Shown here in pieces: positions 27,194 to 37,682 of a DNA stretch of 64,000 bases (the first letter of the stretch is position 1; each line of letters starts with the position of its first letter). The notes under the pieces were generated by a model, which worked only from the letters and a program-made list of their open reading frames with translations, was not told where the DNA came from and searched no databases. The position numbers and the translations under genes are program-made. The DNA lies in assembly GCA_963768655.1 (NCBI GenBank), contig CAVYIM010000007.1:237201-301200 (forward strand). The letters run 5' to 3'. The DNA is from an uncultured Chloroflexia bacterium (GTDB lineage Bacteria; Chloroflexota; Limnocylindria; Limnocylindrales; CSP1-4).

Positions 27194-27795
27194 CGCTTCC
27201 TCCTGGGCGCCGCTAGGGTTCGACGACCTCGCTCGAAGTCCTCGAAGAACGCCGAGGCCGTCGGCTCGGCCTGGCCCTGGTATTTCGACCCCAGGCCCGC
27301 CGAGCCGTAGGGCCGCTCGACCGGACTGGACATGGTCAGGAAGCTGATCTGCCCGATCTTCATGCCGGAGTAGAGCGCGATCGGCAGCTTCGCGACGTTC
27401 GACAGCTCGAGCGTGAGCTTGCCTTTCCAGCCGGGGTCGACATAACCGGCGGTCGAATGGATGAGCAGGCCGAGGCGTCCAAGCGACGACTTGCCCTCCA
27501 GCCGAGCCACCAGGTCGTCCGGCAGCTCGACCCACTCGAGCGTCTGGCCCAGCACGAACTCGCCGGGGTGCAGCACGAACGCCTCGTTGTCGGCCACCGT
27601 CAGAAGCTCCGTGAGATCCGGTTGCGCGGACCTGACGTCGATGTACGGATAGCGGTTGTTGCGAAAGACCCGGAAGCTGTGATCCAGGTGCAGATCGATG
27701 GAAGACGGCTGCAGATCCGCCCGATCGTAAGGCGCGATCTTGATCCGGCCGGCCGCCAGGGCGACCGCGATGTCGCGGTCGGAGAGGACGCTCAC
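27190..27795 (-). CDS. dcd: dCTP deaminase
   Basis: [40 protein letters not shown]. Confidence 0.96.
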   Translation of the reverse strand: MSVLSDRDIAVALAAGRIKIAPYDRADLQPSSIDLHLDHSFRVFRNNRYPYIDVRSAQPDLTELLTVADNEAFVLHPGEFVLGQTLEWVELPDDLVARLEGKSSLGRLGLLIHSTAGYVDPGWKGKLTLELSNVAKLPIALYSGMKIGQISFLTMSSPVERPYGSAGLGSKYQGQAEPTASAFFEDFERGRRTLAAPRRKR

Positions 27796-28265
27796 TTGAC
27801 CGTGGCCCCGCTTTCGCGCTGGGCGTAGAGGTTATCCACCTCGCGCTTCAGGGCCTCCAGGTCTTCGAAGCTCTGATACACGCTGGCGAATCTGATATAG
27901 GCAATCTGGTCGATGGCTCTCAGCTTCTCCATGGCCAGCCGGCCGACCTCCGAGGATTCGACCTCGGAGGAGCCAGACGCCCGCAGCTCGGCCTCGATCT
28001 GGTCCGCGGCGCGGTCCGAGGCGTCCTCCGCCACGGGCCGGCGCACCAGGGCCTTGCGCAACCCCAACGCCAGCTTCTCGCGATCGAATTCCTCGCGGGA
28101 GCCGTTGCGCTTGATGATGACCAGGCGCGGGGCCTCGATCCGCTCGTTCGTGGTGAATCGGGCGGAACAGGCCGAGCACTCGCGGCGGCGCCTGATGCTG
28201 ACCTCGTCGAGGTCTCGCGAGTCAATGACCCGGGTTTCGCGTTCGCCGCATCGCGGACAGCGCAT
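27792..28265 (-). CDS. nrdR: Transcriptional repressor NrdR
   Basis: [24 protein letters not shown] cone, AYIRFASVY. Confidence 0.96.
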   Translation of the reverse strand: MRCPRCGERETRVIDSRDLDEVSIRRRRECSACSARFTTNERIEAPRLVIIKRNGSREEFDREKLALGLRKALVRRPVAEDASDRAADQIEAELRASGSSEVESSEVGRLAMEKLRAIDQIAYIRFASVYQSFEDLEALKREVDNLYAQRESGATVK

Positions 28266-28378
28266 CGGCTCCGTCTCCTCCGCCACGACGCCCGTGGCCT
28301 GCCGTGGAGGATATCACCGCGGGTCTGCCGGCCCGGAGCCCCGGTCGCGCCGCCGCCCGCGCCGCGTGGAGGCTCAGC

Positions 28379-28918
28379 TCACCCGCCCCAGCTCGAATGA
28401 CTCGCCTGGGAGATCTGGACTATCGTCTCGCGCCGCTCTCGGATCGCCTCGCGGGCGTGGACCAGGTTGAGATAGCCCCGCTTCACCGAAGTCTCCCCCT
28501 CACCCCAATCGACGCCGCTAACGTCCGCCAGCAGCTCGCCCCCATGCGCGACCAGGTCTATGGCCCGCTGGGCGCGTTCCATGTCTGCCACCAGGGCCGC
28601 GGCCGTGGTCGCCCAGGGTCCGTTTCGGCTGAGTGTCGTGGCATCCTGGATGTAGCGCCCCAGGGCATCCTGCGCGGCCGCCATCTTCGGCTGGGCGTCC
28701 TCGGGCGCGATCTTGCGCCGTCGCATCTCGTCCACCACGACCAGCAGGTCCCCCAGAAGAGTCTCAGAACGGCGGGCCATCTCGGCCGCCGCCACGCCCG
28801 ATGCCGTGTCGCGTCGCACCCGGCCGCCCGCGACCACGACTCGCCAGAGCAGCCATAGAATGGCGGCACCCATGACGAAGAAGATCGCGAGCGGTAGTAA
28901 GACTCTCGCTTCGGGCAC
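28379..28918 (-). CDS. Hypothetical membrane-anchored helical protein
   Basis: N-terminal TM followed by an alpha-helical region; fills the gap between moaC and nrdR. Confidence 0.7.
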   Translation of the reverse strand: MPEARVLLPLAIFFVMGAAILWLLWRVVVAGGRVRRDTASGVAAAEMARRSETLLGDLLVVVDEMRRRKIAPEDAQPKMAAAQDALGRYIQDATTLSRNGPWATTAAALVADMERAQRAIDLVAHGGELLADVSGVDWGEGETSVKRGYLNLVHAREAIRERRETIVQISQASHSSWGG

Positions 28919-29075
28919 GGCTCAATCCTTCGCTTGAAAGCGCGCCGCTAAATCTAACGATCCTTCTCAGCTGCGACCCGCCCCAAGATGAACCCGCCGC
29001 CCGCCCCAAACGTACTACCCGTCCTGCCGCCCGAGCCGCTTCGAACCGTCTGCGTGGCTCCCCAGTGGACGGGTT

Positions 29076-29726
29076 CTACGAGCCGAACCGGCGCGGCGGA
29101 ATGCGACCGCCGGACCCGCGCGACGGCCCCGAGATTCGGCCGGCGACCCGTGCGCCCCTCGGGGGCCTGGGGCCCGGCCCGGAGCTTGCTTCCGGGGGGC
29201 GTTGCCACGTATCGCTCTCGCCGCCCGAGCGTGAGAGCAGCTTGATGCCCCGCACGGCGGCCGAAGGGTCCACATCCCGGACCATGTCGTACACCGTGAG
29301 AGCCGCCACTGCCGCCGCCGTCAGAGCTTCCATCTCGACGCCACCGGGGCCGATCGCCGCCGTCTCCACGCGGATGCGGATCAGGCCGGCAGCTCTGTCC
29401 GGTACGCCGCGAACGAGCAGATCGGTCAGGGCCACGGGATGGCAGAGCGGAATCAGGTCGCTGGTGCGCTTGCCGGCCATGACGCCGGCCAACTCGGCCA
29501 CGCTCAGGACGTCGCCCTTCGGGTTCGTGCCGTCGACGATGGCGCTCAGCGTCTCTTGAGAGACCGCTACCTCCGCCTCGGCGACCGCGCGCCGCGCGCT
29601 GACAGGCTGGTCGGTCACGTCCGCCATTCGTGGCCTGCCCGCACGATCGACGTGCCCGCCCCGCCGCCGCTCCGCGCGTGAACCGTCTTCGAAGCCGCTC
29701 TCTCCCGGCTTGCCGTCGACACTCAT
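29076..29726 (-). CDS. moaC: Cyclic pyranopterin monophosphate synthase
   Basis: HVD...MADV, KGDVL, KRTSDLIPLCHP, GVEMEALT, YDM. Confidence 0.93.
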   Translation of the reverse strand: MSVDGKPGESGFEDGSRAERRRGGHVDRAGRPRMADVTDQPVSARRAVAEAEVAVSQETLSAIVDGTNPKGDVLSVAELAGVMAGKRTSDLIPLCHPVALTDLLVRGVPDRAAGLIRIRVETAAIGPGGVEMEALTAAAVAALTVYDMVRDVDPSAAVRGIKLLSRSGGESDTWQRPPEASSGPGPRPPRGARVAGRISGPSRGSGGRIPPRRFGS

Positions 29727-29747
29727 CAGGCCCTCACCTCTGCACGC

Positions 29748-31049
29748 TCATCGATCGCGAGGCTCGTCCGACGAACCCCCGGGTAAATCCTCAGGGCCGG
29801 CCGGCGGGCCGGGCGCTGCCGGCGGTCCCGGCGGTCCCGGTGGCGCCGGTGGAGTCCGACGCCCGGGGAACCGGGCAACCTGCAGCAGCGCCCGCGACGC
29901 CAGCGCCTGCTGCGTGGCTCGTTCACGAATGAGCAGCGAGATCGATCGACGTGTGAGCAGCGCCGAGACGTGCTCGCCGGTCCCGATCAGAAGCCCATCG
30001 AGGCCGGACCGCTCGAGTACCTCCAGCGCCGGCCACAGATCGGAGTCGCCGCGCGCCCAGGGCACGCTCCGGAGCGGGACCATGGCCTGCTCGGTCCGCA
30101 TCGCCGGCCAGTTGCGGCGCGGTATCCGCTTTATCTGCGCCGTTCCGATCAGCCCCAGCAACTCCTCGCCGCGCTCCACGAGCGCCGCGCCGCCGAGCCT
30201 CTCGCCCAGATACTCGCCGGCGAACACGTCGAGGGTCAGCTGCGGCGGGATCCTGGCCGTATCGGAGTCGGCCGCGTCCGAGACGTGCGCCCCCGCGACG
30301 AGCCCCTGCAGGAAGAGGCGGCGATCGAGAAGGCGGCTCGAACCCACGAGCAGCCAACCGGCGACGAGCAGCGCCAGCCCTGGCCAGAGGTCCACGAAGA
30401 CGACCACGACCACACCCAGGGTCATGACGCCGATGCCGACCATTCGGCCGACCCGGCTGGCGACCCTGGTCGCGACTTCGTCGCGCCCCGATCTTGCCCA
30501 CGCGATGGCGTGGACAATTCGGGCGCCGTCCATGGGATAACCGGGGATCAGGTTGGTCACCGCCAGGAAGAGGTTGAACAGCGCCAGCACCTCGCACACG
30601 AAGGTCACGGCCGCAACGCTGTCCGGCACGTTGCTCGAGTTGCCCCAGCCGATCTCTAGGACGCCGGCAACCGTGCCGAACGCCAGGACGAGAACCACAC
30701 TCACGAACGGACCGGCCAGCGCCGCCCTCAACTCCTGACCCCAATTGCGGGGCCGAGCCTCCATTAGATACGTGCCGCCCAGCAACTGGATTACCACCAC
30801 GTTGGCGCCGATTCCGTTGCGCCGCGCGACCAGGACGTGAGCCAGCTCGTGAACTATCACCGACGCGAAGACCAGCACGGCCGTCACGACCGCCGAGCCC
30901 CAGGCCCAGGCCATGTCGCTGCCGGTAGTCGCCTGAGCCGCCAGTCCCTCTCCCAGGACCACCGTGATGAGCGCGAGGAGGAATATCCACGTCCAATGAG
31001 CTCGGATCTCGGTCCCGAAGACACGGCCCAACGGGACCCCGGAGTTCAT
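29748..31049 (-). CDS. Site-2 protease (M50) with CBS domains
   Basis: HELAH, AGPFVS, NLIPGYPMDG; C-terminal CBS-like pair. Confidence 0.92.
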   Translation of the reverse strand: MNSGVPLGRVFGTEIRAHWTWIFLLALITVVLGEGLAAQATTGSDMAWAWGSAVVTAVLVFASVIVHELAHVLVARRNGIGANVVVIQLLGGTYLMEARPRNWGQELRAALAGPFVSVVLVLAFGTVAGVLEIGWGNSSNVPDSVAAVTFVCEVLALFNLFLAVTNLIPGYPMDGARIVHAIAWARSGRDEVATRVASRVGRMVGIGVMTLGVVVVVFVDLWPGLALLVAGWLLVGSSRLLDRRLFLQGLVAGAHVSDAADSDTARIPPQLTLDVFAGEYLGERLGGAALVERGEELLGLIGTAQIKRIPRRNWPAMRTEQAMVPLRSVPWARGDSDLWPALEVLERSGLDGLLIGTGEHVSALLTRRSISLLIRERATQQALASRALLQVARFPGRRTPPAPPGPPGPPAAPGPPAGPEDLPGGSSDEPRDR

Positions 31050-31759
31050 TTCGAGACTTCCGGCGGCGTCACCGCGGAAGACGCGGCCCGTGGCGTCGGG
31101 ACGGCGAAACCGGTTCGTCCGGCGATCCGACCCGCGCCGGCGACGACCACGAGCGCCAGTGCCAGCACGGCCAGCGCGATCGCAACGCTCGTCTCGGACC
31201 AGAACTGATCCGGGAACAGCTGCACGAGCTTCTCGGTCCGGACATCGAACATGTACGTGCCCGGTGCGAAGAAGATCTCATGGAACAGCTGGAAGGCCTG
31301 GTCGAAGAACAACGCGAAGGCCAGGCCGACTACCACGACGCCGCCCACCAGCAGCTTTCCGCCCGCTTCCACGGCCCGCCAGAACCACGCCGCGCCCCGA
31401 CTCGCGAGTCCAAATAGCACCAGGACAAGCGCGGCAATGAGTGCCACCAGCCCTAGGTTCAGGAGCACGGTGCGGACGTCGGCCATGTGGCTCCGTTCGG
31501 CGACGTCAAGGACCGGCGCGCCGTTGACGGTCACGGCGAAGTTCGGCGGCCCGAAGACGAGATCGGAGAGGATGCTGCCGGTGACTTGGCTGACCTGCGC
31601 GGGCGTGTAGCCGGTCAGTTGGGACACGTCGCTTCGGCCCTGATCGAAGCCAACCCAGATCGGGTTGAGAAAGAGGAGCACGGCCACGGCGACCGTGACA
31701 CACGGCGTGGCCAGCACGACGAGCACGGTGCCGAGCGCCTGGGCAAGTGGGAATCTCAC
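31046..31759 (-). CDS. TIGR01906/DUF1461-like integral membrane protein
   Basis: ERSHMADVR, FDQAFQLFHEIFF, LVQLFPDQFW. Confidence 0.85.
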   Translation of the reverse strand: MRFPLAQALGTVLVVLATPCVTVAVAVLLFLNPIWVGFDQGRSDVSQLTGYTPAQVSQVTGSILSDLVFGPPNFAVTVNGAPVLDVAERSHMADVRTVLLNLGLVALIAALVLVLFGLASRGAAWFWRAVEAGGKLLVGGVVVVGLAFALFFDQAFQLFHEIFFAPGTYMFDVRTEKLVQLFPDQFWSETSVAIALAVLALALVVVAGAGRIAGRTGFAVPTPRAASSAVTPPEVSK

Positions 31760-31802
31760 CCGTCAATCGTACCGCTCCCGGGCGGCGGCGCCTCAGCCCG
31801 GC

Positions 31803-33356
31803 TCAACTCGCCGAAACGGTCAGCGCCGAGGCTTCACGCCGGACGATCGCCCAGACCCGTTCGAGGTCCGCGTCTTCCGTCCGGAGATTGGCCAGAGCCA
31901 CTCGGATCGTGAACCGGCCCCGCAGGCGCGTGTGGGACAGGAAGACCTCGCCGGTCCGGTTGATGGCGTCCATTAGAGCCACGTTCATGCGATCGAGCTC
32001 CTGGGCGACCGCGGGCTCGTCCTCCCGGCCCGCCAGCGATGGCGGCCTGTAGCGGAAGCAGATCGTTGAGAACGGCACCGGCGCGAGCCGCTCGAAGTCG
32101 GGAGCCCCGTCGATCCAGGTGGCGAAACGCTCGCCCAGCTCGAGGTGGTAGGAAATCCTCCGCCGCAGGCCCTCGAGGCCGAAATAGCGGAGCAGCATCC
32201 ACAGCTTCAGGGCCCGGAAGCGCCGGCCCAGCGTAGGCGTGTACTCGTTGTAGTCGCGGATCGGGCCCTGGCGATCGAGAGTGCGCAGGTACTCAGGCAC
32301 GAGACTGAAGGCGTCGCGCAGAACCGGCATGCGCGTCGTCAGCAGGACCGACGCATCCACCGGCGAGAAGAACCATTTGTGCGGGTTCGTGACCACGGAA
32401 TCCGCGCGCTCCCAGCCGGCGAACTGGCCGCGCCGTTCCGGAATCAGTGCCACGGCGCCCGCGTGAGCGGCATCGACGTGGAGCCAGATGCCTTCCCGGG
32501 CGGCGACGTCGGCCATGCCCGGGATCGGGTCGATGGACGTGGTCGAGGTCGTCCCGATGGTCCCGACGAGCGCGATGGGCAGGACGCCGGCCTTCTGGTC
32601 TGCCGCGATCGCCTCCTCGAGAGCGTCAAGGCGCAGCTCGAACCGATCGTTCGTCGGGATCTTCGTCAAGCCGGCCTGACCGAGCCCGAGTGTCATGGCG
32701 GCCTTCTCGATCGAAGAGTGCGCCTCTGCCGAGGCGTACACGCGCAGCTGCGGGACGTCCGCCCGGCCCGGCAATCCCTTCGCCGCGGCGTCCACTCCGG
32801 CCGCCTGGCGGGCCGCGGCCAGCGCCAGGAGCGACGACGTAGAGGCCGTATCGGTCAGGAGGCCGTCGAATGCCGCCGGCAGGCCAAGGGCCTGGCGGAA
32901 CCAGTCGACCACGACCTCTTCGAGCTCGGTCCCGGCCGGGCTCGTGCGCCACAGCATGACATTCGAGTTCAGGACCGCCGTCAGCATCTCGCCGATGATC
33001 CCGGGCCCAGACGCGGCGCTGCTGAAGTACGCCAGGAAGCGCGGATGCTGCCAGTGCGTGATGTTCGGCTCGATCAGGCGTTGATAGTCCGCGAGGATGG
33101 TCTCGATCGGCTCGGGCGACTCCGGTGGCGCGGCCGGAAAGAGCGGCCGCAGCGATCCGGGCTCGACGGCCGGCATCACGTCTCGCTCCCCTACCCCCTC
33201 GAGGTAGTCGGCCATGATGTCGACGGCGGCGTGCGCGGCAGCCCGGAAGTCAACCGGCGCCATGTCTCCGAGGCCGGCTCGCTGCTGTTCGTCCAGTCCG
33301 CCCGCTTTGGGCGCTCGGCTTGTGTCGCGCCCGCTCAGTTCGTCCACGCTCGTCAC
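31803..33356 (-). CDS. PLP-dependent group II decarboxylase (aromatic L-amino-acid decarboxylase-like)
   Basis: THWQHPRF, AHSSIEKA, WLHVDAA, NPHKW, LGRRFRALKLW; start uncertain. Confidence 0.93.
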   Translation of the reverse strand: MTSVDELSGRDTSRAPKAGGLDEQQRAGLGDMAPVDFRAAAHAAVDIMADYLEGVGERDVMPAVEPGSLRPLFPAAPPESPEPIETILADYQRLIEPNITHWQHPRFLAYFSSAASGPGIIGEMLTAVLNSNVMLWRTSPAGTELEEVVVDWFRQALGLPAAFDGLLTDTASTSSLLALAAARQAAGVDAAAKGLPGRADVPQLRVYASAEAHSSIEKAAMTLGLGQAGLTKIPTNDRFELRLDALEEAIAADQKAGVLPIALVGTIGTTSTTSIDPIPGMADVAAREGIWLHVDAAHAGAVALIPERRGQFAGWERADSVVTNPHKWFFSPVDASVLLTTRMPVLRDAFSLVPEYLRTLDRQGPIRDYNEYTPTLGRRFRALKLWMLLRYFGLEGLRRRISYHLELGERFATWIDGAPDFERLAPVPFSTICFRYRPPSLAGREDEPAVAQELDRMNVALMDAINRTGEVFLSHTRLRGRFTIRVALANLRTEDADLERVWAIVRREASALTVSAS

Positions 33357-33549
33357 TCGTCCAGGTTGGCTCGCCCGGCCGGTTGTATCGGCCTCAGCGA
33401 TCGAGTTTACCCTGGGCTGCGCGAGAGGCCTGGATCCGCCGGCCACGGGCCGCAGATGGCGGGACGGAGGAGCGCGACAAAGGGGGAGCGCGACAGACAA
33501 GAACCGGGCCGCGTCATCCGCGACCCGGTTCCGATCGCCCTGGCGAGGG

Positions 33550-33705
33550 TTACAGGCTGTGCCCGATGGTGCTCAGAATCGTGTTGATCTGGCCACTGAG
33601 GAAGATGAGGGCGGTGATCGCCAGGATCGCGATCAGGGCGAGGATCAGGGCGTATTCGGCGAGGCCCTGGCCTTCTGCCTTGCGGAGGAACATGAGCCAC
33701 CTCAT
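33550..33705 (-). CDS. Flp/Fap (type IVc, Tad) pilin
   Basis: EGQGLAEYALILALIAI prepilin motif with E-Y; about 51 aa. Confidence 0.9.
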   Translation of the reverse strand: MRWLMFLRKAEGQGLAEYALILALIAILAITALIFLSGQINTILSTIGHSL

Positions 33706-33880
33706 GAGTGCGTCGGCCAATTCGGCCAGGTGAGGCTTCGGCCCCCGGCTCAAGGGGCCGCATAGCACTTCGGGGTCAGGGCCGATAGCCCATCCGTGTG
33801 AGGCTCCCGGCCGTGGCGCCCGCGATCGCAAAGGTTCCGGGCCTGCATTCGGGGTCTGGCACAGCCCCGGTCTCCCGGAG

Positions 33881-34020
33881 CTACTGGTAGTAGCCGGTGA
33901 TATCGACGATCACTTGCGTCCTGGCTCCCGGGAGCCACCTACGACCAGGGTGACCTGACGTTCGGCCGTCCCCGAGCCGAGGGCGACGACACCGCCATTG
34001 GCGATCGTGGCGCCGCCGGT
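33881..34020 (-). pseudogene. C-terminal remnant of a secreted repeat-domain gene
   Basis: GATIANGGVVALGSG...VTLVVGGS, one-base shift, then PGARTQVIVDITGYYQ*; no 5' portion present. Confidence 0.5.
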
Positions 34021-34126
34021 CGCCGCCGGACGCTCGCCGCCGCAAGGGTCCGCGACGCAGCCGGCTGCTCCGCGGCGAACGGCAGGGCCGATCACAGGCT
34101 ACGGGACTGGGGTACCGACCCAGAAC

Positions 34127-34157
34127 GAAGACCCCCGGACCGTATCCGGGGGCCTTC
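34127..34157 (-). terminator. Intrinsic terminator after tRNA-Pro
   Basis: GGCCCCCGGA-TACGG-TCCGGGGGTC followed by TTCGTT. Confidence 0.75.
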
Positions 34158-34171
34158 TCACGCTCAGTAGA

Positions 34172-34248
34172 TGGTCGGGGCGGAGCGATTCGAACGCTCG
34201 ACCGCCTGAACCCCATTCAGGTGCGCTACCAGGCTGCGCCACGCCCCG
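34172..34248 (-). tRNA. tRNA-Pro(GGG)
   Basis: CGGGGCGTGGCGCAGCCTGGTAGCGCA-CCTGA AT GGG GT TCAGG-...GTTCGAATC...CGCCCCGACCA. Confidence 0.96.
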
Positions 34249-34300
34249 ATCGGCCGACAGCATAGCAGACCCGAGAAGAGGCTCAGCCCGCCGCAAAGGC

Positions 34301-35938
34301 TCAGCCCGAGTGGCCGCGCTGGCCCGGGGAGCGTCTCACGCTACCGGTGGCTCCGCGGCCGGGCTTTGCGCCGGACGCCGAGTGCGTCCCCGACGGCGGC
34401 TTGCCGGGCCGCGGCCCACTCGGCCGTCGAGCCTTGCCCGGGCTCCTCTCGCGTCCGGCTCGATCGCTCGCCCGCTCACGGAAGATCAGCCGGATGGGCG
34501 TTCCGTCGAAGCCGAACTCGGCGCGAAGCTGGTTCTCCAGGAACCGTTTGTAGCTGAAGTGCACCTGGTCGGCATGGCGGGCGAAGAAGACGAACGTCGG
34601 CGGGGCCACGGCCACCTGGGTCGCGTAGAAGATCTTGGGCGGGCCGAGCTTGCCGGCCGGCGGCGCCTGCCGCAGCGACGCCACGCGGAGGACGCGATTG
34701 AGGTCCGGCGTGGAGATACGCTTGCGCCGCTCGCCCCAGACGTCGAGAGCCAGCTCGAGCACCTTGCCGACGCGCTGACCGGTCTTGGCGCTGATCGAGA
34801 CGACCGGCGCGAAATCGAGGAACGGCACTTCGGCCCGCAAGGCCGTCGCGAACTCGTCGAACGAGCGGTCCGTCTTTTCGGCCAGCAGATCCCACTTGTT
34901 GAGGGCGAGGACCAGGCCACGGCCCTCCTCCACGACGAAACCGGCGACGTGGGCGTCCTGGGCGGTCAGGCCCTCGAAGGCGTCGATGATCAAGACGGCC
35001 ACGTCCGCCCGCTCCACCGCCTTGAGCGCCCGAAGCGTCGAGTAGCGCTCCGCGTCGGGGCCGCTTGCCACTTTGCCGTGACGGCGCATGCCGGCGGTGT
35101 CGATCAGGACGATGTCGCTGCGGCCCCACTGCAAGTGCGTGTCGATGGCGTCGCGGGTCGTCCCCGGTATGTCGCTGACGATCGCCCGCTCCTCACCGAG
35201 CAGCGAATTGAAAAGGCTCGACTTGCCGACGTTCGGCCGGCCGACCAGGGCGATCGACACCTTCTGGTCTTCGTCGCCGAAGCTCGGCTGGCCGTCCTCG
35301 CCGGCCTCGTCGCCGTCTATTTCGATCGCCTCGGCGTCGCTGTCACGAACGCGCGCCAGCCGGCCCTCGGCCATCTCGCGAGCCCAGTCGTCGGCCTCAG
35401 CCTCGCGGCGCTTGCGCTCGATCTCGTCGGGACTCTCCGGCGGTAGCGCCCACACGATTGCGTCCAGCAGATCCGCGACGCCACGGCCGTGCGCGGCGCT
35501 GATCGGATGGGTCTCCTCCCAGCCCAGGGAGTAGAACTCGGCTGCCTCGAGCTCGCGCTTGTCGTTGTCGGCCTTGTTGGCCGCAACCAGCACCGGCGCC
35601 TTCGCCGTCCGCAGGAGATCGGCCGCCTCGATGTCGGCCGGAGTAAGCCCGGTGATCGAGTCGACCACCAGCACGATGGCGTCCGCCTCGGCGATGGCGA
35701 TGCGGGCCTGCTCCTGGACCTTCTCCTCGATCGGGTCGCCGGGCTTGATTTCCAGGCCGCCGGTGTCGACCGCGATGAAGCGGCGGCCGTTCCACTCGGC
35801 CTCGCCGTAGATGCGATCGCGGGTGGTTCGGGCGCGGTCTTCCACGATCGCCGCGCGGTGGCCGACGATGCGGTTGAACAGCGTGCTCTTGCCGACGTTC
35901 GGGCGCCCGACGACGGCAACGATGGGGAGTGGGATCAC
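34301..35938 (-). CDS. der: Ribosome biogenesis GTPase Der (EngA)
   Basis: Two GRPNVGKS motifs, DTGG/DTAG, NKAD/NKWD, KH-like C-terminal domain. Confidence 0.97.
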   Translation of the reverse strand: MIPLPIVAVVGRPNVGKSTLFNRIVGHRAAIVEDRARTTRDRIYGEAEWNGRRFIAVDTGGLEIKPGDPIEEKVQEQARIAIAEADAIVLVVDSITGLTPADIEAADLLRTAKAPVLVAANKADNDKRELEAAEFYSLGWEETHPISAAHGRGVADLLDAIVWALPPESPDEIERKRREAEADDWAREMAEGRLARVRDSDAEAIEIDGDEAGEDGQPSFGDEDQKVSIALVGRPNVGKSSLFNSLLGEERAIVSDIPGTTRDAIDTHLQWGRSDIVLIDTAGMRRHGKVASGPDAERYSTLRALKAVERADVAVLIIDAFEGLTAQDAHVAGFVVEEGRGLVLALNKWDLLAEKTDRSFDEFATALRAEVPFLDFAPVVSISAKTGQRVGKVLELALDVWGERRKRISTPDLNRVLRVASLRQAPPAGKLGPPKIFYATQVAVAPPTFVFFARHADQVHFSYKRFLENQLRAEFGFDGTPIRLIFRERASDRAGRERSPGKARRPSGPRPGKPPSGTHSASGAKPGRGATGSVRRSPGQRGHSG

Positions 35939-35998
35939 GGGTGGATTATGGGGCCGTGTTGGCCGCGGCGCGTCGAACGAACGGCGAGCCGCGCTCGG

Positions 35999-36964
35999 TC
36001 AGCGCGTGACGGCGAGCTGTGGGTCCGGAAGCGACGTAGTCCGGCCGGCCGGCGTGGCGGCCGCGGCCAGGGCGGCGCCGGCCAGTTCCCCGGCGCGAGC
36101 AGCGGCCTCCGGCGTGCCGGCGAGTGTGAGGATCCGCTCCGCCACGCACCGAAGGTCTTCTATCGGGGTCGAGGTTCCGCCGGTCACGCCGACGACTCGC
36201 GCGTCCCCGAAGATCGACGCGTCCATCAGGTCGCGCTCGGACTCGATCTGGATCGCCCGCGTCCCGACGATCCCGCACAGCCGGGTCAGCTCCTTGGTGT
36301 TCGCGCTCGACCGACCGCCGACGACCAGCATCAGGTCTACCCCTCGTGCGGCCTCGATGGTGTCCTGCTGGCGGTGGATCGTGACCGGGCAGACGGTGTT
36401 GACGATCTTGAGCTCGTGACAGCGGCCGACCATGAAGGCAGCCAGCTTCTCGAACTTCCAGGGCGGCTGCGTGCTCTGGCTGAGCAGCGCCATCTTCTTG
36501 CGGCGCGGGATCTGATCCCAGTCCTCCTCTTCGTCCACGACGATCGCGTCTGGCGCGAAGCCGAGCAAGCCCACTACCTCGGGGTGGCGCGGCGTGCCGA
36601 GCAGGACGATCGCGTAGCCCTCTTCGACCAGCCTGGTGATCTCGCGCTGCTCCTGGATCACCCACGTGCAGGTGCCATCTATCACTTCCAGGCCGCGATC
36701 CTGCGCATTGTGCAGCACGTCCGGCCGGACGCCGTGGGCGCGAATGACGACCGCGGCTCCCTCGGTGACCTGGTCGAGCGAATCGACGGTCTCGATCCCC
36801 TGGGCCGCCAGCGCGGCGATCACGCCCTCGTTGTGGACGACCTGACCCAGGGTATGCGTCACCTTGCCAACCGCCGCCGCTTCCTTGGCCTTGTCGATGG
36901 CCTCGCGCACGCCGTAGCAGAACCCCGTGCGCCGCGCGATCCGGACTTCTCGAACGTTACCCAT
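35999..36964 (-). CDS. ispH: 4-hydroxy-3-methylbut-2-enyl diphosphate reductase
   Basis: GFCYGV, VHN, IRAHG, DGTC, HPEV, NTVC, SSANT, TSTP. Confidence 0.96.
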   Translation of the reverse strand: MGNVREVRIARRTGFCYGVREAIDKAKEAAAVGKVTHTLGQVVHNEGVIAALAAQGIETVDSLDQVTEGAAVVIRAHGVRPDVLHNAQDRGLEVIDGTCTWVIQEQREITRLVEEGYAIVLLGTPRHPEVVGLLGFAPDAIVVDEEEDWDQIPRRKKMALLSQSTQPPWKFEKLAAFMVGRCHELKIVNTVCPVTIHRQQDTIEAARGVDLMLVVGGRSSANTKELTRLCGIVGTRAIQIESERDLMDASIFGDARVVGVTGGTSTPIEDLRCVAERILTLAGTPEAAARAGELAGAALAAAATPAGRTTSLPDPQLAVTR

Positions 36965-37682
36965 TGCGCTTAAGTATCGCACCGGGGGCGAACTCGCCAT
37001 CTCGCACCCGCCCGGCCGTCTCAGCGTAGACGCCTCGTTGCTCCTCGGGCAGCAGCGCCGCGACGTGGCCCATCATCTCGGCTGTGGCGGCCCGCAGCGA
37101 TTCGTGGCGGTCGGCGCCTCTTGGCATCGTGAGCGTGAAGGGCTCCCCGACCCTGACCGTCATCCGCCGCCCGGGGCGCGGCAGGAGCTTGCCCCTCGGC
37201 CAGAAGCGCTGCGAGCCGATGATGGCGATCGGCAGTATCGGCGCGGCGCTGCGGACGGCCAGCACCGTGGCGCCCTCCTTTGCCTCTTGCAGGGCCCCGG
37301 TCGGCGAGCGAGTGCCTTCCGGGAAGATCGCCAGGACCCGACCGTCGTCGAGCACGCTCTTGGCCAGCCTGAACGCCTCCAGATCGCCGGCGCCCCGGCG
37401 GACTCCGAAGATCCCGTTGTGCCTCATCGCCCAGCCGAAGAGCGGCCAGCGCAGGGCCTCCTCCTTGCCGAGCCATGCCATCGGCCTCTTCATCGCGGGC
37501 ACCAGGTAGGCCATCAACAGGATTCCGTCCGCGTTCGAAGCGTGGTTGCAGATGACCAGCAGCGGCCCCGACGCCGGCAGGTTCTCGAAGCCCTGACGCT
37601 CGACGCGAGTCAAGCAGGCCGCGACCACTCGAAGCACGGCGCCGGAGAAACGAGGGAAGAACGGCAGCCGCCTACCGCCCAC
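36957..37682 (-). CDS. plsC: 1-acyl-sn-glycerol-3-phosphate acyltransferase
   Basis: NHASNAD and FPEGTRS motifs. Confidence 0.9.
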   Translation of the reverse strand: MGGRRLPFFPRFSGAVLRVVAACLTRVERQGFENLPASGPLLVICNHASNADGILLMAYLVPAMKRPMAWLGKEEALRWPLFGWAMRHNGIFGVRRGAGDLEAFRLAKSVLDDGRVLAIFPEGTRSPTGALQEAKEGATVLAVRSAAPILPIAIIGSQRFWPRGKLLPRPGRRMTVRVGEPFTLTMPRGADRHESLRAATAEMMGHVAALLPEEQRGVYAETAGRVRDGEFAPGAILKRNG

